Positions 21,733 through 35,000 of a stretch of 53,238 nucleotides of DNA are shown here, piece by piece. The position numbers and the translations under genes are program-made. Below the pieces are notes generated by a model. The model made no database searches and was not told the origin of the DNA. It saw only the letters and a list, made by a program, of their open reading frames with translations. Source of the stretch: Rhizaria sp. SCN 62-66 (lineage: Eukaryota); NCBI GenBank assembly GCA_001724265.1, contig MEDY01000263.1:1-53238 (forward strand), given 5' to 3'. Position 1 is the first letter of the stretch; each line of letters starts with the position of its first letter.

Positions 21733-23652
21733 ATGCTGCCAGGCGCTCCCACAGTTTCTGGAGCAGCACCAGCACCGGCTGCCGCCGCCGTGCCGGAAGA
21801 GTACCTTGAGTATCCCGACTCCTGGCTCGCGGTGTCCCCCCTGGGCCTGGGCTCGGGCTCGCGCACGCGCCTCCAAGGCGGCAGCAACGGCTCTCAGGAC
21901 CCCTCCATTCCCGCCCCTCAACCCGGTCCCGGCCATGTCTTGCTTTCGCGCGCGCTCGCCACACAGCAGCCTCTCCACGTCCTCGTCCGCGGCCGCCGCC
22001 CGCGCCTGCCCGCGGGCCACTCCGCGTCCGCCGTCGTTGCCCGCGCCGACCTCGGCTTGCGCGCGGTCGTCACCGGCACTCTCCTGGCTTGGGACCGCCG
22101 CGGTTCACTCGTTCTCACAGACGCCACCGAGCGGGCTTGGCGCTTGGAGCCGTTGCCGCTGGCGGGGGGCGCGCCGCCGCCGCCGGGGCTGTTTCCACCT
22201 GCGAAGCGTGCAGCGACACCGGGTGGCTCACCCGCGGCTGTGTCTTCACTGACGGGATCAGCAGCGGTGATTGTGCAGTTACCCTCACACTCGTTATCGT
22301 CACAAACGGAGGGACAGGGGCAGGGGCAGGGGCAGGTGCGTTCACCGCTGCAGCCGACGGTGCTGTGGGGTGCCGGCGACGATTCGAGGCTTCACAGTCC
22401 GACGCGGCCGCATCCGCAGCCGCAGCCGCCGCCGCAACAGGGAGCCGTTAGCAGCGGCTCGAGTTACGCTCAAAGCCAGTATCGAGGCGAGTTCGCGGAT
22501 GGTGACGCCGACGACGACGAAGAAGACACACACGCCTACGGCAACTCCACCACGGGCGTTACCGGTACCAGCCGTGACCGCCACAGCATTAACCCGAAAA
22601 GCAGCAGTACACCCGGCACTGGTTCCAACTCCAGTTCTGTCTCCGCTCTAGCGAATGTGACAAATTCACACCAGGCTGCGTCTGCTGCTGTTGCTGCGAT
22701 ATCGAATGCGACCAGTGCACAGCAGCCCCTTTGGGGCGCCACACCCTCGCCGTTTGGCTCCGCGTCTTCCCCCTTTGGCGCTACACAACAACCTCTATTC
22801 GCGACACAACAACCTCTATTTGCTGCACAACCACCCCTGTTTGGCTCCAGCATGCCCCCATCCGCACAGTTTGCTGCGCAAACCGCATTGTCCCTCGCGC
22901 CCTACACAGCCTCCTCAGTAACCACAGTTTTTACACCAGTCGTCGCGCCGGGGACATCTGGAGTCGCGTGTTCCACATATGGAGTCACATCAGGGGCCAC
23001 GGCTGCGCCTCGTGTCGACGCTTTAGTGCTCCGGCGCCGTGAACAAGCGGCAGCGGAGCTAGCCCGTGCCCAGCGCATTGCGAGCGAACAAGAGCGTGCT
23101 TTGGAAGCAGCAGACGCCAAAGCAGCTGCGATCGCAGCGAAAACGGCTGCGGAGGCTGCCAAAGCGGCCGCAGATATTGCCAATGCAGCTGATGCTACCA
23201 AGGCGAAAAGTGCGTCAGCTTCAGAACAGAGCGTAAACGACACCGCAGACAGCAGCAACGCACGGTCACTGCTGTCGGAGTCTGACGTTCTTGTATCGGC
23301 GGCCGCAAACGCGGTTGGCAGCTCTGCGGCTGCGGGCGGAGCTGGTAATGCGAGTGCGAGCGCTACGGCGGAGTGTGGCCACAGCGACGAGACTGTGTCA
23401 CCGCCTGAGGGCGCGGCTGTGTGGGTTGTCCGCTCCCGCACTCTGGGTCACATGGCGCTGCGCTTTGAGACAGTGGCTGCAGTGGCTCTGGGCTCAATAG
23501 CGGCAGCGGCAGCGACACAGCCGCCTGCGAGCATGGTGCCGCCTGGGATGGGCCCGCCACTTGATAAGCGGGTGCGCGGGACGGTGAATACTGACACAAA
23601 TAGCATTGATCTTACGTGCGGAGGCGTTCCAGTGATAATTCACACTGTCTAA
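21733..23652 (+). CDS. Lsm11-like Sm-fold protein with a very long insert between Sm1 and Sm2
   Basis: Sm1-like LLSRALATQQPLHVLVRGR...GLRAVVTGTLLAWDRRGSLVLTDATE (about 21934-22130) and Sm2-like RSRTLGHMALRFETVAAV (about 23430-23485). Compare Lsm11 [26 protein letters not shown] and RHINQIFIRGENVLLV. Ends TAA. Confidence 0.65.
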   Translation: MLPGAPTVSGAAPAPAAAAVPEEYLEYPDSWLAVSPLGLGSGSRTRLQGGSNGSQDPSIPAPQPGPGHVLLSRALATQQPLHVLVRGRRPRLPAGHSASAVVARADLGLRAVVTGTLLAWDRRGSLVLTDATERAWRLEPLPLAGGAPPPPGLFPPAKRAATPGGSPAAVSSLTGSAAVIVQLPSHSLSSQTEGQGQGQGQVRSPLQPTVLWGAGDDSRLHSPTRPHPQPQPPPQQGAVSSGSSYAQSQYRGEFADGDADDDEEDTHAYGNSTTGVTGTSRDRHSINPKSSSTPGTGSNSSSVSALANVTNSHQAASAAVAAISNATSAQQPLWGATPSPFGSASSPFGATQQPLFATQQPLFAAQPPLFGSSMPPSAQFAAQTALSLAPYTASSVTTVFTPVVAPGTSGVACSTYGVTSGATAAPRVDALVLRRREQAAAELARAQRIASEQERALEAADAKAAAIAAKTAAEAAKAAADIANAADATKAKSASASEQSVNDTADSSNARSLLSESDVLVSAAANAVGSSAAAGGAGNASASATAECGHSDETVSPPEGAAVWVVRSRTLGHMALRFETVAAVALGSIAAAAATQPPASMVPPGMGPPLDKRVRGTVNTDTNSIDLTCGGVPVIIHTV

Positions 23653-24105
23653 TTTATTATATACAAATTCTGTGTTATTTAGAACATATATAGATCCAAT
23701 TTTAACTCTTTTTGTTTTTCCGTCCCTGGACCAAGGCGGGCTTCGGTCGGACTTCTCGGTTGCTCACGGTCACCACAGATCGCCAGTCAGCCAAACAAAC
23801 GCGCGGCACTGGCGGCGCCGCCCTCCGCGAGTGGACATGGGCGCCCGGCGCGGCACTCAACTGGTTTTCAAAAGGCGTATTGCGGGATAACTAGTTCCGG
23901 TGTTGTTGTGCGATATTTTTATTCTTTTGTTCGTGGATGTAACGCGATATGTGCTGTACCGGTGGGGGATGATCCCGGTCGCAAGACCTGCTTGGAGCAT
24001 CGCCTCGCCCGAGTTTTGTACAAGCCCTCTCACCCGCACTTTCCGTCTTTTACTCTTGTTTATCCAGCAGGCTCTCGCGTCGTCTTAACGTATCTTAGTT
24101 AAGAG

Positions 24106-27100
24106 ATGTCGCAGCCAACCAGTGCTAATATAGGGGAGTCGCTTCCCCCCGAGCGCGGCGACACAACGAACGACGTTGCCTCCCCGAGCCCTCCCACTGC
24201 TGCTTCCTCAGCGCCCTCGTTCCCCGTCGAGCCCCACTCTAATGCCGCCGCCACTGCCCCCTCAGACGTCGGCACTAAGCCCCCCACCGCCTCACACAAC
24301 TCCCCCACGCTGAAACCATACACCGACTCCATGGCGTGGGGGCCACTGCCCGATTACCACTTCGCCGCTTTCTCCGACTCTCGCCACACGCTCGCCCCTT
24401 CCACGTGGGACGCGCCGCCGCCTTCGCTCTTCTCCAGAGTCGGCGGCCTTGGCAACTCCGGTCTCGGCGTCAATGTCGGCGGTGCTCCTGGCGCGTTTTC
24501 ACTCGCGCCGAGCTCGTTAACCGGCGACAACAGCCATAATTCACTCACTAACCCAGCTTCGTCGTCCTCCGCCGGCTCTGCGTTCTCAACGCTCGGTAGA
24601 CTCAGCACCACGGGGTTCAACTTCACCGCGACGCTTCCGCCCCAGGCTCCCGCGGACAGCTCCTCCGCAGCAGCCCTCTCGTCCTCGTCCTGGTCTCTTC
24701 TCTACCCCGCCGAGAACACCGAGCTTCACAACAACGGACGCGGAACTGGCACCAGCTCTAGTCCGACCGCCTCTGTTTCGGCCGCCGCGACTGACACTCT
24801 CGCAAAACTGGGCCCCGAAGCGTTTGAGCCCATCGTGCCCTCACCGGAAGCGTCACCTGGCTTTTCCGCCTCTGTCGCTGCCCCCGCGCCTACTCTGACT
24901 CTGCATCGGTCCGTCTCTGGCTCCGTCGCTCACGCCACGGGTGGCAAGGACCCCGTCGCCGCCGCTGCGGGCGCGACCGGCGCGAAGTTAAGCCGCAGCG
25001 CCGCGCGTCTAGCCGCCAAAGCCGCCGCCGCCGCCGCCGCGGGCACCGGCCCCCGTCCCCCCGGTGCCACCGCTGGCGCCGCACAGCCTCAGTCCCGCGC
25101 CGCGCTCAGTGCTGGGCTCGGAGCCGGGTTTGGCGGCCTGGGCGCGGGCGCGGGCGTCAACGTCTTCCGCGGGCCCGCCGCGAACAACAGCAACAACAAC
25201 AACGCGCAGTCGCAGGGACAGGGACTGGGACTAGCGCGTGGTAACGGCAGCCCTGCTGGCGCTGCACGGACTCTCTCCCCGTCACAGTCATATTCGCTGT
25301 CCCAGTCGCAACTGCGCACGCTGGACTCGTCAGCAGCGTCCTTTGTCCCCAGCGGCACCGGCTTAACCGCGCTATTGGCCTCCGCACAGCCCTTTGCCAC
25401 CCCCTCAGCGTCGTCCGCCGCCTCCCCTGCTGGCGCAGCAGCCCGCCCCGGCCTCGTCCCCGGCTCTGGTTCTGTCCCAGGCTCTAGTGGCTCTGGCGCT
25501 GGCTCTGGCTCCGGGGCAACCCGTGCGCGGTCTGCCGGCCGTGTCCAACAACATCAACTCGCCGCTGTTGTCGTCAGCGGTGTCGAGACGGGCCTCGGTA
25601 ACGCTGGTGACAACAACACATGGACTCCCGCTAGTTTCGCTACCAGCCCTGAGTCCGCTGGCGTCACCCCCGGTGGCGGTGAGAGCGAGTACCTCGACCA
25701 CGGCCACGCGCACGGTAGTGGTACCCCAGGTGTTCACGGTCACCCGGACGCCGCTGGTTCCGCCGCCGCCCTGCCCCCGCGCCCCGAGACCCGGTCCAGC
25801 ACCCGCGCCGAAGCCCGCGCCGAGAGCCACAGCCACAACCGCGCCGAGAGCCGCTCCAGCGCGTCCAACCGCGTCCGCCACGAACCCTACCTCGGCGACG
25901 TCGGCGCTCCCGGGGCGATGCACGGTCCGCTTTGCCACGCCGCTGCCGATAACGACGCGCGACAGCTGCTTGCGCTGCTTAAGTCCGGCGAGCGCGTCTC
26001 CGCCGCCGGGCCAGACGGGGCGACTGCGCTGCATTTCGCCGCCCGCGCCGGCGCGGCGGCCTGTGTGCGGCATTTGCTCGCCGCAGGGGCCGACGCTAAC
26101 GGCGCTGCGGCCGCGGCGGCGATGCAGGTCACCGCGCCGCTGCTGCTGGCCGCCGCGGGGCCGTCGGAACCGGAGACGGTGGAAGTGCTGCTTTCGGCGC
26201 GCGCCTCTGTGGACGCCGTGGACCGCGACGGTGAGACGGCGCTCATTCTCGCAGCGCGCCGCGGCCACGGGTCAAAGGTCCGCTTGCTAGTAGACTCCGG
26301 GATCACTCTGGCGGCGCAGAACCGCAAGGGGTGGGACGCGCTGCTCGAGGCAGTCTCTGGTCAGCACGTCGGCGTGGTCCAACAACTCCTCCGCGGTCGC
26401 GCCGCGTTGGCGACGACGCTGCCTAACGGCCGTGGCGCGCTGCACATCGCGGCCCAGCGCGCGTCGTCGGACATGTGCCGCGCGCTGGTCGCCGCGGGGG
26501 CGGATGTCAACGCGGCTTCGCTGCCGTCGGACGGACAGTGGACGCCGCTGATCCTCGCCGCGGGTCGCTGCTCAGTTCGCGTTGTGTCTGAACTTCTCGC
26601 TCTGGGCGCGGATGTCAACGCGGCGACCGCGGAGGGCTGGACCGCCGTGCACTGTGCTGCTGCAGATCTGTTGCGGCGGACACGCACCAACGCCTCCCCG
26701 GCGCAGAGCCGCAACAGCAACAACGTCGACCGCGGCGACGATGGCTCAACCCCGGTCTCCGCGCTCAATGGCAGCAGCGGCAGTAGCAGCGGCGGGGGAT
26801 CTCGCAACAAGCGCCGCGCGACCGACGCCGAGGAGGCTCACCGCCGGGATCAAATCGCCACTGTGCGCGCGCTCATCCTCGCGGGTGCCGATGTCGCCAG
26901 GCCGAATACGCACGGCTTCACGGCCGTGCACTCCGCCGGTCAGGCCGGGGAGATCCGTGTCGTCCAGGCCATCGCCACAGCGTTGGAGGCCGCTTTGCCC
27001 GACGGCCGCGGTGCTGCTCTGTTCCGGAACTTGCTAGACACGCCCAACGGGTGCCATTTAACGCCGCTGCACCACGCCGTTCAACGCGGTGACGTCTCGA

Positions 27101-29028
27101 TGGCGCGCGCTCTGCTGGATCTGCGCGCGGACCCTAACGTGGTGACCCCGAACCGGCAGCAAGCTGCGTTGCACTGGGCCGCCAACCAAGGTCTCGGTGA
27201 TGCGATCGAATTGCTCCTCGCCGCGCGCGCCAACGTCAACGCGGCCCAGTCTGGCGGGTGGACCCCGCTTCAGGGCGCGGCGGCAAACTGCTTCCCTATG
27301 GCCGTGGACCGCCTGTGCCGCGAGACCGACCTCATGATCGATCTCTCGGGCTCCGACGGCCGGTCTGCTCTGACCCGCGCCGTGGGATCGGGCCCCCGCG
27401 GCACGCCTGCTGATGTGGCAGTCGAATCCGCCGCGCGTGAGAAAATCGTTACTTCGCTCATCGCACGCGGTGCCACGGACCGGCTCGGCGCTGCACTGGC
27501 TCTGGCGGTCTCCCACGGCTGGCTAGGAGCGGCGGAAAAGCTCGCCGCGCTGCACGTCAAGCAGCTTCAGCTGCCCAAGTCCGCCGCGTCGGTCCGCGTG
27601 CTGGAACAGCTACCGGCTTTCGCCCACCCGCAGTCGGTGCAGGCCGTGGCGTCGGGGCTGGCGCAAGTCAGACCGGCGCTGGTGGCTGCCGCGGCCGCCG
27701 CGGTGACGACGGTGGTTGCCGGGCAGCCGCTGCCCGTGGCGCAGCATATCGCATTCAATGTTGAGCCCCCCGCTGCTAACAGCGCCGCGATTACTACTGA
27801 GGCTGAGCCCGCTGCTACTGCTGTCGCGAATGCGAGTGCTAGCAGTGCTGTTGCAGAGGCTGCGAGACCGATTGGCGAGCAATCTTCTGCGACGTCCGTC
27901 ACTGCAGCGTTGCTCGCTGCCGCCGCTATGGCCGCTGCACAGGCCTCTGTCGCCGCAAATTCTGCCAATAGCACCGACAACAACGCTAGTAAGAGTAGCA
28001 AGACGGCTGATTCGGTCCACGAGCAGTCTTCTGTCGCCGACTCTGTGGGTGCTGATCCCAAGTCTAGCGCTGCTACCTCCGGCGCTGACGACTCCTCTTC
28101 TGCGTCCGCGTCCACCTCTGGTTGTGCCTCCGCCTCAGCGTCCGGGTCAGTTTTGGCTCAGTCAGCGCCAACGGCCCAGTCTGCGCTCGAGCTGCTCCGT
28201 GGCCTCGACCCCTCGGACCCGTCCTACGCTGAGCGTCTGGCAGCCGCGGCGGCGGAGTTTGTCGCCAGCGCCGGGCTGACGGCCGCGCGGCCGGGCGACA
28301 ACGGCGGGTTCTACACCGCCGCAATGAGTGAGATGGCTGATGCGGCCAACGCGATCAATGCCTCCAACGCCGCCGCAGCTGTTGCCGCTGCCACTGCAGT
28401 TGCTGCGGCGAACGCGTCGTCACAGGCCCACGCGCAACAGTCGCAGTCTCAGACAAACCAGGCTTCCTCAGCCGCCAGTGAAGGTGAATCAAACACTGTA
28501 TCGGTCGGTGTGAAGGAGTCCCCAGAGGCGCAGGCCGCGCACGCACTGGCGTTGTCTGTTCAGCATCAGGCGCAGATTCACGCGCAAATCCAGGCGCAGA
28601 TGGCTCAGCACCAGCACCAGCACCAACAGCAAATGCAGCAGCAACGCCAAAAGCACAAGCAGATGCATGCGAGTCAGGGCGGCGGTCTGCAGAGTACGTC
28701 TCTTGCCGCGTCGGCACATGCACAGCTTGCGCAACAGCTGATGCTCGCCAACTCGATGCAGCAGCAGCAGGTCCACGCTCAGCAGCAACAGCAGAATCAG
28801 CTGAATCAGCAGCAGCGTAATGGTCCGATCGACAAGGCACAGCAAGCGTTGATTCAGACACACGCTCTTGTTCAAGCGCAGGCGCAAGCTCAGGTTGCCG
28901 CCGCACAGGCGCAGGCGCAGGCCCATGCTCAGGCGCAGGCCCATGCACAGGCGCAGGCGCACAATGGTGGTTACGCCAGTCAACCTGGCTTCCCTGTGCC
29001 TGTCGGACTCGGTTTGCAGCATTTACTG

Positions 29029-29063
<35 letters not shown>

Positions 29064-29086
29064 ACAGCAGCTGCAGCAGCAGCAGC

Positions 29087-29141
<55 letters not shown>

Positions 29142-32052
29142 GCAACAGCAGCAGCAGCAGTCTAGTCAGCAACAGCAGCAGCAGCTGCAGCATCAGCAGT
29201 TCCAACAGCAGCAGCAGCAGCAGCAGGCTCAACAACAGCTTCAGCAACACCAGCAACAGCAACAGCAACAGCAGTACCTTAGCCAGCGTTTGGCTCCGGT
29301 GCACGTCCACGGCGGCGGTGGCAAGAAGGGCAAACAGCCCCGCTCCCCCAACTCCCTTGTCCCTCCCGACGGTGGCAACGGCAACGGCGGCGCTGACGAC
29401 GACTCCGAGTCCGCCGCCTCTGCCAGCAGCAGCCACCACGGAGGTCTGATGCTAGACAACGCTCTCAGCCACCGCTCCCCGCAGACCCTCGCGCTGCCCC
29501 CGGATGGCTCCCCGCGGTCCGGCCCCGTCACGGCGTCGCCGTCGAGCTCCAGCGGTGCGCCCTGGGGCCGCCGGTCTGACCTGTACATGGCGGCGTCACA
29601 GGGCAATCTGGCGCAGATGCGGGCCGTGATGGCGCAGGGCCGCGTCGACATCGACGGCATGGACACCGAAGGCGTGACGGCTCTAGGCGTCGCCGCCTGT
29701 CGCGGCCACACTGCGATCGTTGCCGAGCTCATCCAACACAACGCGAATGTCGACAAGCCGAACCGGTCTGGGTGGCGCCCGTTGCGGTCAGCCATTTCCA
29801 ACGGCCACGTCGGTGCTGCAATGCACCTTGTAGCCGCCGGTGCGCGCGCCGACGAGCTGACTCAGCAGGGCCAGTCACTGCTACACTTTGCCGCCGGGCT
29901 GGCAAACCCGTCGTTGACCCGTTTGCTCGTACAGGCCGGCGCGCCAGTTAATGCGCGTACCCGCGACGCCGGCGCTACTGCGCTGCACTTCGCGGTGACC
30001 GCGGTGACGAAGCGCCGCCACGACCCGCAGAGCGAGGTGTACCTCGACGCGGTGGGCTCTGTCCGCGAGCTTCTTGCAGCGCGTGCTGATCCCTCACTGC
30101 GTGATGCCGCCAAGGGGCGGTCCGCGCTGCACTGGGCGCTTCACGGTGGTTTGACTGATGTCGTCGCGCTTCTGCTGCAAGTGTCACCGGCGACATTGCC
30201 GCAGCTGGTGAACCAGCGCGACGCTCTCAAGCACTCACCGCTGACAATCGCGGTCGACTACTGCGTCCACGCCGCGTCGACCACCCTGGCGATGGCTGCG
30301 GCGGCGCCTGACCCGTCGTCGCCCACGGCCACCGCGGCTCTCTCCGCCGCCATGGCGTCGACCTCGGCCCCGTCCCCGCTGCTGGAGCTGCTGCTCAACG
30401 CACGTGCCAGTCCGGACTCGACCGACGGCCGCGGGTGGAGCGCGCTGCACATCGCCTCCGAGGCCATGCATCCGGGTCTTGTCGGTCAACTCCTCGGCGC
30501 CGGTGCGAACTCCCTCGTCATCACGCCGACGGGTGCGAGCCCGCTGGACGTACTGACTGAGGCGAGTAAGCGCACGCCTGATACCATGCAGCGCCGCATC
30601 GTCGACACTTTGCTGCGGTCAGCGCGTGACGCACGGCTGCTTGCGCTGCAGGCGACCGCGCAAAACGCCGTGGCCGCGTCCGCGCCGCCGCCCAGTGCCG
30701 CGCTTGTTGCCGCCGCCGCCGCAGCTGCTGTCGCCGCTGCATCGCAGGGCGGCGTGCTGCCCCTTGGGTTCCCGAACTCGCTCATGTCCGGTGGCGGCGG
30801 CGGGGGCGGCGCTGGTAACGGCGCTGACGGCGGGGGGTTCAATCCGGCGATCATGGCATCGATGGCGGCCAATATGAACATGAATATGGGTGTGAACTCC
30901 GGTGGGAGCATGAATAACATGAATGGGATGAATAACGTGCAAAACATGAACGCGATGATGCAGCTCAACAACCAGTTGCACAACCAACTCCAGCAAAATC
31001 AGATGAATTCACTCGGAATGGCGGGCATGGGTGTCATGAACGGCGGTATGAACGGTATTAACGGCGGCATGAGCATGAACGGTATGCAAGGCATTTCGGG
31101 CATGAACGGCAGCATGAGCGACGGCATGGGTCCCATGAATGGTATGAACAACATGAACGCAATGTCTGGGATGTCTGGTATGAACGGCATGAATATGCAG
31201 GGCATGAACGGCATGGGTCCCATGACCGGTATGATGCCCATGGGTGGCGGTCTAGACATGAACGGTAACATGAACGGTAGCCTTGGTATGATGGGCGGCA
31301 TGGGCGGCCTTGGTGGCGGTCTGTCCCAAATGAACCCCGGTCTCGGTGGTCCCGGCAATATGAACGGCAACATGAATGGCATGGGCGGTGGTATGGGCGG
31401 ACTTTCGGGTGGTCTCGGTCTGCCTGGACTTGGTGGTTTCCCACAGCCGACGATGCAGTCGCACCCGCAGCAAATGCAACGCCATTCGTCCCAACAGCCC
31501 CCGTCACAGTCGCAATTCAACGATAATAACGGCGGCGGGGGCGGTGGCAGTGGGGGCCAATCTTCCGCTGCTACGTCAGCGTCCGGCACACCGTCGTTCG
31601 GCGCCCTCGGCAGCGGCGGCCCGCTCACCACTCTCAGCGGCTCCGGCATGAACGGCTCCAGCAATAGTCTTAACAATGGCGGCTCTGGCGGTGGTATGTC
31701 CGGTTCTGCCACTGGCTCCGGCTCTGGCTCCCCACACTTGCACCCACATCCGCACGCGCTCGCGCACTCGCACTCGCACGGTGGCGGTCTTGGACAGGCA
31801 CAGGCGCAGTCGCAAATGCGGGCGCAGCCGCAGCCGATGCGGGTGCCGCGGCTGCCGGGCCACCCACAACAGCAGCAAGGGCCGGGACAGCTGGGTCTGA
31901 CTGGCCTCTCAGGGCTTGCGGGGCTCGGCGGCGGCAACGGCGCTGGGTTTAACGGCTTTGGTGCGATGCCGTACCCGATGCTTACACCGCAGCAACAGCA
32001 ACAACAGCAGCAACAACAACAACAGCAACAACAGCAGTCGCAGCAGGAGTAA
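24106..32052 (+). CDS. 2648-aa protein with two ankyrin-repeat blocks, polyQ tracts and a Met/Gly/Asn-rich low-complexity tail
   Basis: Uninterrupted ORF. Many G.T.LH.AA motifs at about 25921-27560 and 29572-30620, Gln tracts at 28560-29275 and 31990-32047, MNGMNGM-type region at about 30850-31440. Ends TAA. Confidence 0.9.
29032..29274 (+). repeat. CAG/CAA trinucleotide repeat encoding polyglutamine
   Basis: Q13-L-Q29 at 29032-29160, including a pure (CAA)n block, followed by further interrupted Gln runs. Confidence 0.95.
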
Positions 32053-35000
32053 GATGCAAACATGATAAACCTGCATAGGCACCAAATGCCCTTCAATTGC
32101 TGTTGTCGCTGTTGTTTTGATCTTGATAACGCCTGTCTCAGTTTCTTTGTCTTCCTTCTGTCTCCGTTTTTAGACGGGACCATTTCTTTATTCTTGTCTC
32201 ATCCATCTTGCCTTTCTGCATTACTTTTCTCTGTGTCGAGCTCATGTTCCTATCTTGTGTTTCGTTTTATAATTATTATTTCTTTTGTGCTGTTTGTCAA
32301 CGTATTCGTGTCGTGTGTATATCATACGTGTGAGGTTTTATCTTGTTAGGTTTTATCTTGTTTTGTTTCTGTTAAGCGTCCCACTTTTGTACAATCGACT
32401 CTAGATATCGATGTGGTTAAGGCAACTACTTCAGACTACCTTTTTTCCTTCTTAACTCATTTTTCCTTCTTCACTTTTCGCATTCTTTTTGTTGGCCATA
32501 TCTTTTGTTGTAAAGTTTGAATGGAATTCTCACGTGATTGACTTTTTCACTATTGACATTAAGTCTAGTTGTCGTTGTCGTGTCGTTGCTGCCGACTTAG
32601 CGCACAAACACAAAAACACTTCCACACTCTCACAATAGCACCATCACATGTACTCACATCTGCGCATTGCACACACACACATGCACATTCCGCACCATAT
32701 TCCACCACAACTTGTATTGTTTGCGCCGCACAGCACTGCTTTGCCTTGCCGTTGCCGCAGTTTATCACTCCACTCTTCATACGCCCACTCTGCACACGTT
32801 TTATTCGTCCCGTATTATTGTCTCTTGCTTCTCACACACATGCCCGCACTTGAGTCTGCGCCTGTACATGACATTTCTATCCGTATCAGTGTCTGAGTGT
32901 ATTTGTGTTGGCGATGTGGTGACTGTTCCTGCTCATGTGGCTATTTGTGCCGCTACTGCATCTGACCGTCTTCCGCATCTCTTGCATGCGAGAACACTCG
33001 ACGCACTACTCAGCGTCGCGCGAAATTCGCGTTGCGATACGACACGATACGGTGTGGTGTGAAGTTTGAATGCACGCGCAATATGTGTGCAAAGTGGAAC
33101 CAGTGTGTCATCATTCTGCCGCGCAATGTGCGCTGTATTTTTGATGGCCGTTTTAGCCATGACTTTCAGTCTATCGACGGCAGTGAGGTGCTCGCTAACT
33201 AGAGCTAAGAGCTCATGATGCGAGTCTCTCTGTTCGGACGCTCTGCACTGGGGTTGTCACTGCATGCATGTGGAGTATTGATGATTCTCTCTTTACCATA
33301 ATTAAGTTTACCCAACAAAAGTGTACACGTAGTCCCAAGTAATATTCTATATGTAGTATTTATATCAGCATCTTTCATCATCATCATATTTTTTTTATAA
33401 CATTCTTTTTTTAACCACCGCACGCTTTTTGTTTGTCGTACCCAAACTCCTCTCGTGGCCGCAGTGCTTGCCTCACCCACTCCCACATTCAATTACACTG
33501 ACACCTACACTCGAACGCGTTCTTTGCCTGCGTCCTTGAGCGTGTCCGTGGCAGTGTCTGGTACTGACCAAGCCCGCCCGCGCTGGCACACACTCATGCG
33601 CTATCGTTATAGCGCAGCCGCAGGTCCGCGTGCCCCTCGAATGTTTAATCCCAACTCCTTTCTTCCCAACGTACACCACCACAAACACGATTACCATCAC
33701 TTCATCGGCACATATCTCGCACGGATTGCGTATACCACGCATTGCGTGTGCGTGTGTGTGCTTTTCTTCTTCGTTTTCCCCACTGCTGCGAATGGAGCCC
33801 ATGCTCATCCATGCACTTCACTGTTGTCACAGTTCAGTTATAACACACACTTATTGTATACTCACACAGTCACACGTTATGCTATGACCCGCTGGATCGC
33901 TCACTCACTCACGCGTCTCAGTGCGTTTTTTTGCTCAGAGTAACTGTGCCAGTCGTTACAGTCTCTCTTCCCGACCAAACTCTGAACGCGACTGTGTCAT
34001 TTTAATTTGTACTTTATGCCTGTGACTGTGCCTATGACTGTGATTGTGCGGCAACTGCTGCCCCGCACTCAACAGATTTGCCCAATAGATACTGTGACCA
34101 TACCACTGGACAAGCGGTATCTGAGGACATTAACGAAGCACGCCGATTTTTGTGGCTTGCTTGCACTTTACTCACTAATTCTTCCCCACCCGTATTATTC
34201 ATCTCTGCGGACGGGCTATACGACGTATATAAGCACCGCTGCTACCCGCTTTATTGGTCTAATTTCACACCCATCACCATTGTCTAACACCTCACTTGAT
34301 AACAAAACAAAAACAAAACAAAAAGAACAATAACATTCATTTCAAAAATTTACATAACAAAAAAACACTATTCAAAAATAACACAACACACACTATGTCA
34401 CATGTCAGTTTTCTTTATAACAATTATTTCCCTTCCGAAAACGCAACCTCTCGCAAATCATATCCTGTCGTCTCAACTAACAAGAAAGAAAGCAAGAAAC
34501 CTCAAGAATGCTTCGCTAGGACTTGACTGTTTTCCCCTTCATCATCGACAACACCCCCGTGCCCTCTGCTCAGTGTGCTCTCATCCCGCTTACTTTTTAC
34601 TGTTGACCTTTGCGTTCCTCGATAACGCTATTTCTTTTATTGCTTTTGGTTCTACTTGTCTATTACCGTTTCCTGTTTGTCCTTTGTCTTTTGCGTTTTT
34701 CGTTTTCGGTTTTTCATTCAGCGTAGATGTTTCTTTGCATGTCTTTCTAAATATTAGCTTAACCTAGCATTTTGTCGTGATTGATTCTACTCTCTCATTC
34801 GCCTCCGTCGTCATCGTTGTCGTAATCACTCCATTACACCATATCCTTCTGCACGTTCTTGTACATTGTATGTTAGTACTCGTTCTCTCTCTCTTGCGCA
34901 CACTTACTCGTCCACACGAATCGCGCGTGATGGTGTGAGTGGTGCTCATTGGGGACGGTATTTATCGCTCCACGGCGCGCCACTGTTGCCGTTGCAGTGT

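Noticed and set aside
29023-29449. Poly-Leu and poly-Asn/Ser ORFs
   Set aside because: Other-frame readings of the CAG/CAA repeat.
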